Shown here piece by piece: positions 28,376 through 36,474 of a stretch of 51,487 nucleotides of DNA. The stretch comes from a virus. Its lineage: Duplodnaviria > Caudoviricetes. The stretch covers positions 1 to 51,487 of the IMG/VR virus record IMGVR_UViG_3300027896_000059; one strand, given 5' to 3'. Numbering within the stretch: the first letter of the stretch is position 1; every line of letters begins with the position of its first letter. The notes under the pieces are model-generated. The model worked only from the letters and a program-made list of their open reading frames with translations. It was not told the DNA's origin and did no database searches. The translations under genes were made by a program, and so were the position numbers.

Positions 28376-29335
28376 ATGGCTAGGTTCTCCCCTCAAGATT
28401 TCAAAAGCGGCTCCATGATTCCTTCCGTGATTCATGGAAAGGTTGACTCTTCTGTTTCTAAAATCCTAGGAAGTCCAGATTCTACTCCCTTCGGTGGAGG
28501 TCAGTACAAACGCAAGCCTAGCTTTTTAATGTGTCCTCCAAAGTATCTCTCTACGGCCATCCCGAACAACAAGTTCATGAAGGGTCAGAAAATTGATACT
28601 GAAAGGGCAATGCGCCAGTATTCAAGAATCAAAAGACTCATTACTGCTCTTGGAGTTAAAGTAATTGAGTTGCCTCCAACAAAAGGGGCACAAGATCAAC
28701 ATTTTGTTGCCAACCTTGGTTTGAGTGTAGATCCTTTTATCTTCCTTGCAAAAATGAGTGCTGATGGAAGACAGATCGAAGAGGAGCCTGGACGTCGATT
28801 CTTTGAAAAAATGGGATATACAGTTCTTCAACCTCCTCACTTTTGGGAAGGAGAAGCTGAGACAAAGCATTGGAAAGACAAAACCTATTTTGGCGGTTAC
28901 GGAAAGTTTTCTGATTGGAAAGCTCAGGAGTGGATTTCTAAGAAAGGCGGAGTTGAGATCATTCCAATGAAGATGGTAAGTGATGATCTTTATCACTTGG
29001 ATTGTGTCATCCATGTTCTCGACAAAGAAAACTTTATGGTATGCCGTTCTGGTATTGATTCAGAATCATTCAAGCGTCTTGAGAAACTCGCAAACATCAT
29101 TGTTGTTCCAAAAGAAATGGAGGCTACTGGAGCTACCAACCTAATCCGTATCCCAGACAAGAATATTGTCATCAGCGGAATGTTCCAACCTGAGTTCCCT
29201 GAGTATAGAAAATCAATGGAATGGATGATGACTACGATGGATAAATTCAACAACTCTGTAATCTTTGCAGACATTGACGAAGCAGACAAAAATGGTGCAG
29301 ACTGTTCATGCCAAGTGATGCACATCACGTTCTAA
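28376..29335 (+). CDS. Pentein (amidinotransferase/DDAH superfamily) enzyme, ArgZ arginine-dihydrolase-like
   Basis: FLMCPP, D..F.ANLGL, R..EE, EG.AE, GYG, YHLD and C-terminal catalytic-position Cys (GADCSC). Confidence 0.85.
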   Translation: MARFSPQDFKSGSMIPSVIHGKVDSSVSKILGSPDSTPFGGGQYKRKPSFLMCPPKYLSTAIPNNKFMKGQKIDTERAMRQYSRIKRLITALGVKVIELPPTKGAQDQHFVANLGLSVDPFIFLAKMSADGRQIEEEPGRRFFEKMGYTVLQPPHFWEGEAETKHWKDKTYFGGYGKFSDWKAQEWISKKGGVEIIPMKMVSDDLYHLDCVIHVLDKENFMVCRSGIDSESFKRLEKLANIIVVPKEMEATGATNLIRIPDKNIVISGMFQPEFPEYRKSMEWMMTTMDKFNNSVIFADIDEADKNGADCSCQVMHITF

Positions 29336-29505
29336 TGAAAAAAGCTTTTAAGATACTTGTAGGATTTATCGGCAGGATGAATGGTTTGTGTCCAGAATGC
29401 GGAAAAGAATTAAGTGCTTGCAATACTCCATCTTGTCACATATGCAACGTGGCAGGTTGTATTCGTCCCATTGGAATGTGGAAACGATTTATCAACAGCC
29501 TATGA
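29335..29505 (+). CDS. Small zinc-finger protein
   Basis: TAATG-coupled to the pentein gene; CPEC...C....CHIC....C. Confidence 0.55.
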   Translation: MKKAFKILVGFIGRMNGLCPECGKELSACNTPSCHICNVAGCIRPIGMWKRFINSL

Positions 29506-29624
29506 ACAAAACAGCAACCATAACATCAGCCAAACCTCATGCAAATCTACGCCCTGCTAGAGTTGGTTACGGGTCTATTCAAAAGCCCAAAACCAAAACG
29601 AAAAGAAAACCTAAAGCTAAATGA
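29502..29624 (+). CDS. Small Lys/Arg-rich peptide (40 aa)
   Basis: ATGA coupling; MNKTATITSAKPHANLRPARVGYGSIQKPKTKTKRKPKAK. Confidence 0.5.
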   Translation: MNKTATITSAKPHANLRPARVGYGSIQKPKTKTKRKPKAK

Positions 29625-29625
29625 T

Positions 29626-29943
29626 ATGACACCCGAAGAAGATGCTTGGAACATTTGGGAGAAAGCATTCTTCGATGGTAAAGATAAATATATCAAAGGT
29701 AGTGAAGAACATAAAACCCAGTTCTGGACTGCAGGGGCAGGGTGGTATGCCAAAAACCTTAAAGACGAACAGCTTGATTTAATCAGCTATCTCCATCATT
29801 TGACTGAGCGAGTTAAACTCTGTCAGCTTCTTGCAAAAATGATGAAAGAAGAAGAAGTATCTTTACGAGATGCGGCAACTCTATTAGAGAACTTGGTTTC
29901 GGATCGACAGCCACAAAGTCTCCCTCACCAATCTAATGATTAA
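29626..29943 (+). CDS. MazG-like all-alpha NTP pyrophosphohydrolase
   Basis: KYIKGSEEH...LKDEQLDLISYL resembles the EExxD..Y helix of phage MazG-like proteins. Confidence 0.5.
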   Translation: MTPEEDAWNIWEKAFFDGKDKYIKGSEEHKTQFWTAGAGWYAKNLKDEQLDLISYLHHLTERVKLCQLLAKMMKEEEVSLRDAATLLENLVSDRQPQSLPHQSND

Positions 29944-30742
29944 AAATAAACCTATTGTCGGAGCAATTGTTGTTTCCGATCTTCATTGTGGATCATCTGT
30001 TGGTTTATGGCCTGATGGCTTTGAGACAAAAACAGGAAACAAGATTGGTCTAGGAAAGAATCTCCATCAGCAATGGCTATGGCAATGCTGGCAAGATTCC
30101 GTTGAAAAAGGAATCAAGCACTTTGGTAAAGATCCATTTGCTTTGCTCCTTAATGGCGATCTGCTAGAGGGCATACATCACGGCACAAAAGAAGTTGTAG
30201 CCCAAGACTGCCTAGATCATTCAAACGCCGCTATAGAGGCTATTAGGCCACTTGCTAGTGCTTCTGCTGTTACCTATCTAACCGCTGGAACAGAATGCCA
30301 TGTTAAAAATTGGGAAGAATACATTGCTACCAAGCTAGAAGGAAAATGGTGTGGAGATAAAGCTCTCATTGAAATTAATGGTACACTCATTGATATGGCT
30401 CATCATATGCCTACCAGTTCTAGGGCTTACCTTGAAGCTGGAGCTATGAGCATAACTATGGGTAATGCCAGACAGAATTACTCCCGTGTAGGTCATAGGG
30501 TTCCGAAAATATATCTACGAGGCCATCGACACACGGGAGGAATCTTTAATGATGGTTCTGGCATATTCATGGTAACTCCTGCATGGCAGTTACTTACGAG
30601 ATATGCCCATAAAGTTGTAGGAGATGCCATTTGTCGCCCTGGCATCGGCATCCTCGATTGGCGTGGATGTAAAGAAGGCGAACTACCAGCAACCAAACTA
30701 GTAACCTATGAGCCAAAAGAAAATCGACCCATCCGAAGCTGA
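29936..30742 (+). CDS. Calcineurin-like metallophosphoesterase
   Basis: SDLHCG, NGDLLEG, GTECH, HH and RGHRH motifs. Confidence 0.85.
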   Translation: MIKNKPIVGAIVVSDLHCGSSVGLWPDGFETKTGNKIGLGKNLHQQWLWQCWQDSVEKGIKHFGKDPFALLLNGDLLEGIHHGTKEVVAQDCLDHSNAAIEAIRPLASASAVTYLTAGTECHVKNWEEYIATKLEGKWCGDKALIEINGTLIDMAHHMPTSSRAYLEAGAMSITMGNARQNYSRVGHRVPKIYLRGHRHTGGIFNDGSGIFMVTPAWQLLTRYAHKVVGDAICRPGIGILDWRGCKEGELPATKLVTYEPKENRPIRS

Positions 30743-30983
30743 TTTGCTTGATTCTATTAATGAAGTAAAAAGGTGGAAAAAAGCAGTTTTAGAAACCAAT
30801 GTAGATAAAGTTCCTCCTAATTGGCATACCAATCAGGATATTCAGAAAATGCTTAATTGGAAAAAATCTAAAGTTACTGTTTGGCTTAGAGAATCTATTA
30901 GTAAAAATGAGGTATTAAAAAAGGATTTTGTAGTAATGCAGAATGGAAAAAGAGTAAATAAGCCTCATTACCATCTTAAATGA
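30708..30983 (+). CDS. Putative winged-HTH protein
   Basis: VPPNW.T..DIQKMLNW.KSKV..WL...I...V; typical neighbour of this phosphoesterase. Confidence 0.5.
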   Translation: MSQKKIDPSEADLLDSINEVKRWKKAVLETNVDKVPPNWHTNQDIQKMLNWKKSKVTVWLRESISKNEVLKKDFVVMQNGKRVNKPHYHLK

Positions 30984-31351
30984 AACCAAAGTCTTTCTAT
31001 CTTGAAATACCTGTATGGAGGAATGGTTGCTGGATAGTATGGCCCGTAAATAGGGAGCAAGGAGAGGAATGGTTTAATAATACATTAAAACCAGAAATCT
31101 ATGCTTTAATACCAAGTCTTGATTCAGCAGATGCTTGTACTTTTTGTGGATCTCCAAATGTAATATTTTTAACTGGATGGAAACACGATCCTGATTGGAT
31201 AGGAACACTTACTCACGAATGTGTCCATGTTGCTACCCACATCTTAGAAAAGTGTGGCGTTAAAGAAAAGGAATCCTGTGACGAGGCGTTGGCTTACCTC
31301 ATCGGTCATCTAGTTGAGAGCTTTTTAAAAGCCCTCAAAAAGACTCGTTAA
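30980..31351 (+). CDS. HExxH zinc metallopeptidase-like protein
   Basis: TLTHECVHVA...DEALAYL. Confidence 0.7.
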   Translation: MKPKSFYLEIPVWRNGCWIVWPVNREQGEEWFNNTLKPEIYALIPSLDSADACTFCGSPNVIFLTGWKHDPDWIGTLTHECVHVATHILEKCGVKEKESCDEALAYLIGHLVESFLKALKKTR

Positions 31352-31545
31352 GCAAATTGGAGCAAATTACCCTGATGGTGAGCAATGAGCTGAAGAATGG
31401 CACGGCCTTCATTGGTGGCGATGTGTCCAGTACCATTGCATTTCCAGCATGGCTCTCCCTGTGCATCATCATACCAATCACGACCTGTTCCACCGCATTC
31501 ATCACACGACTTTTCAAGGTTAATGTTGTTGAGTATGTCCTTCAT
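31348..31545 (-). CDS. Anti-TRAP (RtpA)-like zinc-finger protein
   Basis: LEKSCDECGGTG...GEPCWKCNGTGHIATNEGRAILQLIAHH parallels B. subtilis anti-TRAP over its whole length, including the C-terminal helix. Confidence 0.7.
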   Translation of the reverse strand: MKDILNNINLEKSCDECGGTGRDWYDDAQGEPCWKCNGTGHIATNEGRAILQLIAHHQGNLLQFA

Positions 31546-31598
31546 ACAAATCCCTTCATAGCGATTTTTTTCCAGCAGTCAATACTTTTCTAAAATAA

Positions 31599-31820
31599 AT
31601 GATTACACAAACGGAATTGTTAGCAAAAGCTAAGTGCCTCGCCAACCAAGGAAAAGAGTATGGAGATATTGTTGGAAAGCTAGAACCTGAGATGAGGATG
31701 AGACTCAAAGCATATGTCCTCAACTTAGACAAAAATCTGGCTTGCCAAACCATCTATGGCACAGTTGCATGGAGAGAGCGAATAAACGTCCCCAGAGGGC
31801 GCGGAAGGCCCAAGAAATAG
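31599..31820 (+). CDS. Small protein with C-terminal AT-hook (PRGRGRPKK)
   Basis: Motif directly visible. Confidence 0.6.
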   Translation: MITQTELLAKAKCLANQGKEYGDIVGKLEPEMRMRLKAYVLNLDKNLACQTIYGTVAWRERINVPRGRGRPKK

Positions 31821-31825
31821 CTTTG

Positions 31826-31899
31826 TACGGGATGGTGTAAAGGTAGCACAGGAGACTTTGACTCTCCTAGTCATGGTTCGATCCCATGTCCCGTAGCCA
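31826..31899 (+). tRNA. tRNA-Gln (TTG)
   Basis: Acceptor TACGGGA/TCCCGTA + G + CCA; anticodon stem GGAGA/TCTCC with loop CTTTGAC; T-arm GGTTCGATCCC. Confidence 0.93.
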
Positions 31900-31911
31900 T
31901 TTTACAATTCA

Positions 31912-31939
31912 TTGACACTTGCCAATAAATGCATAGGAT
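31912..31939 (+). promoter_or_regulatory. Sigma70-like promoter
   Basis: TTGACA-N16-TAGGAT upstream of the 31964 ORF. Confidence 0.55.
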
Positions 31940-31963
31940 TTGTAACTCAACCATAACCACACC

Positions 31964-32146
31964 ATGTCATCTAAACAAGAACTCCAATCCCAAGTAGAAA
32001 ACCTCGCAGAAGTCGTTGTATCCATCCACAACACTCTAGTCACTCTCCTTGACTACATCGAAGACTCCATCGAGATCGAAGATGAAGATGAGATTGATGA
32101 AGACGAAGAAACCGAAAAGCCTTATTGCCATATCTGCGATAGGTAA
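31964..32146 (+). CDS. Small very acidic protein with C-terminal CxxC
   Basis: Own promoter, CAACCAC-type leader and downstream terminator. Confidence 0.65.
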   Translation: MSSKQELQSQVENLAEVVVSIHNTLVTLLDYIEDSIEIEDEDEIDEDEETEKPYCHICDR

Positions 32147-32166
32147 TTAATAAACCCCCCCAAACC

Positions 32167-32203
32167 AACCCCATCTGGCCTAACCGCTAGGTGGGGGTTT
32201 TTA
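32167..32203 (+). terminator. Intrinsic terminator
   Basis: CCCCATCTGGC-loop-GCTAGGTGGGG followed by a T-tract; a second hairpin at ~32215-32262 may serve the minus strand. Confidence 0.75.
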
Positions 32204-32271
32204 TTGTATAAATCGCCCCCTCGGTTTGAGCTTGCTCACAGACAGAGGCTTGAGGGGGTTTATTTATTAAA

Positions 32272-32487
32272 CTATTCCAATCCCCGAATCATATCACGAT
32301 CCCAATCGCTCAACCTATCATCATCAATATTCTCCTTAAGAGCCTCTGACAATCTCTTCCTCTCCATCTTTAATCCACCATACCCACCTGGATCTTTTGT
32401 CGCATTCAATCCCAACTCATGCGCTAGTGACCTCAACAACATAATGCTAGGTCGCGTAAAATCACTATCTGGGTATCTCAATGTCAT
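32272..32487 (-). CDS. Hypothetical protein (71 aa)
   Basis: Upstream TTGACT element, downstream hairpin, plausible composition. Confidence 0.5.
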   Translation of the reverse strand: MTLRYPDSDFTRPSIMLLRSLAHELGLNATKDPGGYGGLKMERKRLSEALKENIDDDRLSDWDRDMIRGLE

Positions 32488-32766
32488 TCACCCATAGATA
32501 TTCTATCAACCATATCTTAGTCAAGTAGTAAAAGGATCTTTCAATAGGGAAACTCCCCATACTGGATTTTTTTTCATTGGGGCATATGGCGCATACGCTT
32601 CCAATAAATTGGTGTGCCACCCCTCCCCCACCACCCGAAGAGATTCCTTAGGAACTCCCACCATGAATGGCCCCCTTGCTGGCGCGCTGTCTTGGATACT
32701 GATTGCCCCCCGCTCTCAGGGGGACTGCAGGAGGGTGACCGCAGGAGGGTGACTGCCTATGTCAAC

Positions 32767-33345
32767 CTAGTCGGCCAGCTCTTCATCTATTGCGCCGGCC
32801 TTGGAAGAGTCCTCTATTCTGGCAGGAGTGACATCTATCACCTCGCCCTGCTGTAAGACATGGCCTTGCGCGCTACTCGCGTCCTTCCCGAACTGGATGA
32901 TAAACGCAAACGGATTCAACGCCTGAGGTGACCTATCGCTATAGAAGTCTCCAGCGATCTTACTATCCAACTCAATGGCCTTCAGCTTATCTACTGCCTT
33001 AACCTTCCTACTGCTTCCCTCCTTGCCCTCAGAGAACGTCACCTCTTGCGCTAGGTCGCTCGCCTCAGTAATCTCTCCAACTGGCGTCCTAACTGCTCGA
33101 GCTAAATAGGCGCGCTTTTCAGCCATTGAAAGCACATCTTTCGAGAAGGATTTCTCTCTAAGTTTGGAAACATAGGAAGCAACCCTGTCTTGTTTCAGCA
33201 TCTTGCACCCATAACTTCCGTAGTCTTCGCTCTTTTGACTTTTGAAGTTATAGCCAGCTCTTCTAACAGATTCGGCGATGCTCATACCGCGAGTTGCGTA
33301 GTTGTCGCAAAACTTCTTTTGTCTCGTGTTTAGTGGTCTGCTCAT
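32767..33345 (-). CDS. terS: Terminase small subunit
   Basis: LNTRQKKFC..Y...AESVRRAGY HTH and DKLKAIEL motifs. Confidence 0.8.
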   Translation of the reverse strand: MSRPLNTRQKKFCDNYATRGMSIAESVRRAGYNFKSQKSEDYGSYGCKMLKQDRVASYVSKLREKSFSKDVLSMAEKRAYLARAVRTPVGEITEASDLAQEVTFSEGKEGSSRKVKAVDKLKAIELDSKIAGDFYSDRSPQALNPFAFIIQFGKDASSAQGHVLQQGEVIDVTPARIEDSSKAGAIDEELAD

Positions 33346-33389
33346 AGTTGACGACTTTTACCTAGTAAATCAACCCTAGTCAATTCTCT

Positions 33390-33585
33390 TTGAATGCCAG
33401 CGGAGTTGCTCTGGATTTCAGAGTTGCCGTCATGTCGCTGGCTTGTCTTGCGACTTCGGTCGAGATGATCCGCTTTTCAGCGTCTCAAGATCTCTCCCTT
33501 CGCGCTTCGGTCATGGATTGAATTCTGGTGGTAGATAAAGGGAACTGATCAAACTGGAATCTCTCTCTAGCCTCGAGCCCTCAGC
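33390..33585 (-). ncRNA. Candidate structured ncRNA
   Basis: Downstream of a consensus promoter; nested stems with GAAA/CGAA tetraloops; no credible ORF. Confidence 0.5.
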
Positions 33586-33591
33586 TCTCGG

Positions 33592-33621
33592 ATTATAATG
33601 ATCTATTGTTTTCCTTGTCAA
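33592..33621 (-). promoter_or_regulatory. Consensus sigma70 promoter
   Basis: TTGACA (33621-33616)-N18-TATAAT (33597-33592). Confidence 0.8.
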
Positions 33622-33763
33622 TACAGAAGTGATTGTCTTGCATATATTCATTCTATTGCTTTGCCTTACAAGTGATAGAAAAGTATCTTGTCTTGCAATC
33701 TGTGACGCTTGGAAGCGCATGAATACAGGCTGAAAGAATATTGCACTTTCTTGTAAAAAGATG

Positions 33764-33792
33764 TTGCAAATGTTGAAAGGATATGGCATTAT
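33764..33792 (+). promoter_or_regulatory. Early promoter
   Basis: TTGCAA-N17-(TGG)CATTAT, then (ACCA)x5 and SD AAGGAG before ATG 33846. Confidence 0.65.
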
Positions 33793-33845
33793 CTTCCTTG
33801 TCATAAAGACACCAACCAACCAACCAACCAAAAGGAGAAAACAGA

Positions 33846-34238
33846 ATGAACGCGACAACTAAAGAAAACAATCATGCAATCGAGAACGGAAAAGGATGGA
33901 TGCAATCAATCATGGACTGGTCATCACTCTTGCTTGCTAGTGATGACGACATCAGGGAGGCGGCAATAAATGAGATGATGGAATCACCCTTGTCTGTTAC
34001 GGTGCGAGAAGGATGGAAAACGGCAGGAGGAGAGTCTGATCTTGAAAATTTTCAGATCCTACTTTCTACAGGAGGCCCTGCTTTGCGTATTGTTGGAGAT
34101 ATTGGCCATCACAATCAGCCAGAAAATCCCGTTTTACAATGGCAAGACTGGGGAACACCTTGGACTGAATATGTTACCACGCACGAAGAAGATGAAGCTC
34201 TTCTTACATATTGTCAGCAATTCTACTTTGGAGAGTAA
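33846..34238 (+). CDS. Conserved early phage protein (LSTGGPA...QDWGTPW family)
   Basis: Strong SD; motif family familiar from first-expressed phage genes; function unknown. Confidence 0.75.
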   Translation: MNATTKENNHAIENGKGWMQSIMDWSSLLLASDDDIREAAINEMMESPLSVTVREGWKTAGGESDLENFQILLSTGGPALRIVGDIGHHNQPENPVLQWQDWGTPWTEYVTTHEEDEALLTYCQQFYFGE

Positions 34239-34240
34239 TC

Positions 34241-34384
34241 ATGCGCCCTCACACCTCACCATCTCCCGCCCTTGTCGAGTATCGCCAAGAGAAGCATGAC
34301 CGCCATGTCACTCAGTTCTTGGCCTCGTGCATAGTCATTGCCTTCCTTTTCTTGATCCTTACCGCATTAATCTTCAACTCCTAA
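34241..34384 (+). CDS. Small membrane protein (47 aa, not in ORF track)
   Basis: MRPHTSP...FLASCIVIAFLFLILTALIFNS*; packed between neighbours. Confidence 0.55.
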   Translation: MRPHTSPSPALVEYRQEKHDRHVTQFLASCIVIAFLFLILTALIFNS

Positions 34385-34388
34385 AAAT

Positions 34389-34856
34389 ATGAAACTTGAA
34401 ATCTCTCCCATGCCTTTTACGCTTCCCCACCCTTCTCCTTACAAATTAGGGGAGGGGATTGTCATGTCAAAAATGATGGACAACTTGCGACACATTGAAA
34501 AAGCCCTGCAAAAACAAGGACTGACACAATGTAGAAATTGCAACGAGATCACCCCTTTTTCATCCCTTGGAATCGGCGGAGTATGCGAAAAGTGCTGGAT
34601 TGAAGATGAAACCCTTTACGATGCAGACTTCTCAGCTCTTACGGATCACGAAATCATAAGGCATTTAAGGAAACTGCCTTTGTTTGCAGACATGGCAAGG
34701 AAAGATTCTGCCATTAAAAAGGAAAACCCATCCCACAAATTTTCTCCAAACCATAACTTCATGCTTCGGGAGTCCTATCTTGGAATTTTCTCAAAGTTCG
34801 ACAGAGAAGGTCGTTTTCGCTGGAGTAGCGAAAAGGGAGTTTATGAGAAACTCTAA
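34389..34856 (+). CDS. Hypothetical zinc-finger protein
   Basis: CRNC...CEKC. Confidence 0.6.
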   Translation: MKLEISPMPFTLPHPSPYKLGEGIVMSKMMDNLRHIEKALQKQGLTQCRNCNEITPFSSLGIGGVCEKCWIEDETLYDADFSALTDHEIIRHLRKLPLFADMARKDSAIKKENPSHKFSPNHNFMLRESYLGIFSKFDREGRFRWSSEKGVYEKL

Positions 34857-34905
34857 TTTATAAGTTTCTTTCCTTTTTCCTAGTCCTTGCATTCCTTCTA
34901 AAAAT

Positions 34906-35097
34906 ATGACCCTACGCACAGCACAAAAAGCCGCCAGCATTTACAACAGAGTCACAAACCCCCGTTTGCTCTTAAGCGATCACCAGCACCGATGCAGGAA
35001 CAAATTAGCCCAAAAAATGCGGCACTTCCTAGCCACTCACCCTTGTCAGGTAATCGAATGGGACAACGGAACACTTCACCCCATTCCTAATTTTTAA
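34906..35097 (+). CDS. Hypothetical early protein
   Basis: In the packed early cluster. Confidence 0.5.
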   Translation: MTLRTAQKAASIYNRVTNPRLLLSDHQHRCRNKLAQKMRHFLATHPCQVIEWDNGTLHPIPNF

Positions 35098-35230
35098 ACT
35101 ATATGGAAACCCCTACAACGGCCTCAGAACCGCAAGAAACCTTAGAAGAGATCATTCAAAAGATCCTTTTCCAGCTCGACACCATAAACGGACAGATTGA
35201 AGACATAAACTCCACCCTTAAATCCCTACA

Positions 35231-35500
35231 ATGAAAACCCAAGAACAAATACAAAAAGAAACCGATCTTTTGCAAGATCAAATCCTGTCAGATCGAGACA
35301 AATACAGCAGAGGACACGCCACGGAAGACGCATTTAGATTTTGCAAAGATTGGCAAAGAATCCGAGCATACGACAGAGAAGCCGCTCTTTTTCTGGCCGT
35401 TGAAATTCTAAAAGATGCAGGATTTAATCGAATAGCGCACCTTGCTCTTCTCCATTACTTCGACGATGACGCAGAAAAAATACTTAAAAACCTAAAATAA
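35231..35500 (+). CDS. Hypothetical early protein
   Basis: ATGA-coupled to a short upstream ORF (35103-35234). Confidence 0.55.
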   Translation: MKTQEQIQKETDLLQDQILSDRDKYSRGHATEDAFRFCKDWQRIRAYDREAALFLAVEILKDAGFNRIAHLALLHYFDDDAEKILKNLK

Positions 35501-35823
35501 AGGAGCATTAAATGAGCGCATATAACATCACATTAGAGGCCGCATTCTTAGGCTATTATATCACACCGAGACAAGCCCAAGAGATCGTTGCCATATTTAC
35601 GGGTGAAAACCTCCCAGACTTCCTTAGAAACTACCTTTCAGCATACGAATCTTAACCACGAAAACTCATAAAAAACCAATGACCACGCTAGAATTCACGG
35701 AAGAAGAAATGGAATTCCTACTTGAAATTGCACAGGCAGAATATGTTCGAGCAATGGAAAGTGAAAAATTCCAAAATGCAAAATTTATTGAAAAAATAAT
35801 CGAAACCCTAGGACAATAAACCA

Positions 35824-36078
35824 ATGACCACACAAACCGCCGCCGCACTAAAAGAAACCGCCGCCCTGATTGACAACATAGAACCGCTTTTATTTACCGA
35901 AATCAAACAATCAGAACATCATGGCTTGCCTACAATCAAAATCTCATTGGCTCGCGCAAAGGAAATACACCGAATGACAATCATCCTAGAGAAAAGGATT
36001 AAAAATATCTTTGCAACCGCCGCCGCCAACACTACAACAGACCGCCACCTCGATTCTATCTTCAACATCAACCAGTAA
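35824..36078 (+). CDS. Hypothetical early protein
   Basis: A/C-rich leader; same codon style as neighbours. Confidence 0.55.
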   Translation: MTTQTAAALKETAALIDNIEPLLFTEIKQSEHHGLPTIKISLARAKEIHRMTIILEKRIKNIFATAAANTTTDRHLDSIFNINQ

Positions 36079-36091
36079 CACCGCCGCCGCT

Positions 36092-36277
36092 ATGAAAGTT
36101 TCTAAAATTTATACTTGCCCAGAATGCGAAACAGATATTGATCTCACCATAACCCTAGGAGATCCAATGTTTTTCAGTCCCGAAAAATGCCCTACCTGTG
36201 ACCATGAAATAGACAGCGAAGAAGTAGAGGACATAACAGAAGAAGATGAAGAATGGCAGAACCCTTTTTATAAATGA
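36092..36277 (+). CDS. Zinc-ribbon protein
   Basis: MKVSKIYTCPEC...CPTC with acidic tail. Confidence 0.6.
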   Translation: MKVSKIYTCPECETDIDLTITLGDPMFFSPEKCPTCDHEIDSEEVEDITEEDEEWQNPFYK

Positions 36278-36474
36278 AAGCAATATCCCTTCACCGATAC
36301 CTTTCCCATGATCAGGCAGGACACAAAGAATTCCTTTGCTGGTACTCATTCTTAAAACATCTAAAAACTAAAGGCCATCTTTTCAAAGAACCAAGAGTCA
36401 AGCATAAACTTTTTAGAAAATAATCTTGCACCAACTTTCAGCCGATGCAATCATCACCTTCCAACTTTACAACT

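Noticed and set aside
28376-29335. Archaeosine/7-deazaguanine DNA modification pathway
   Set aside because: No folE, queD, queE, queC or dpdA genes seen; the pentein fold is not the ArcS/Gat-QueC type.
33421-33500. Hammerhead ribozyme in the three-way junction
   Set aside because: Core reads CUGAAAA, not CUGANGA, and the GAAA/NUH placement does not fit.
33511-33871. Minus-strand ORFs of 115 and 72 aa
   Set aside because: They span promoters and the (ACCA)n leader, have non-ATG starts and implausible composition.
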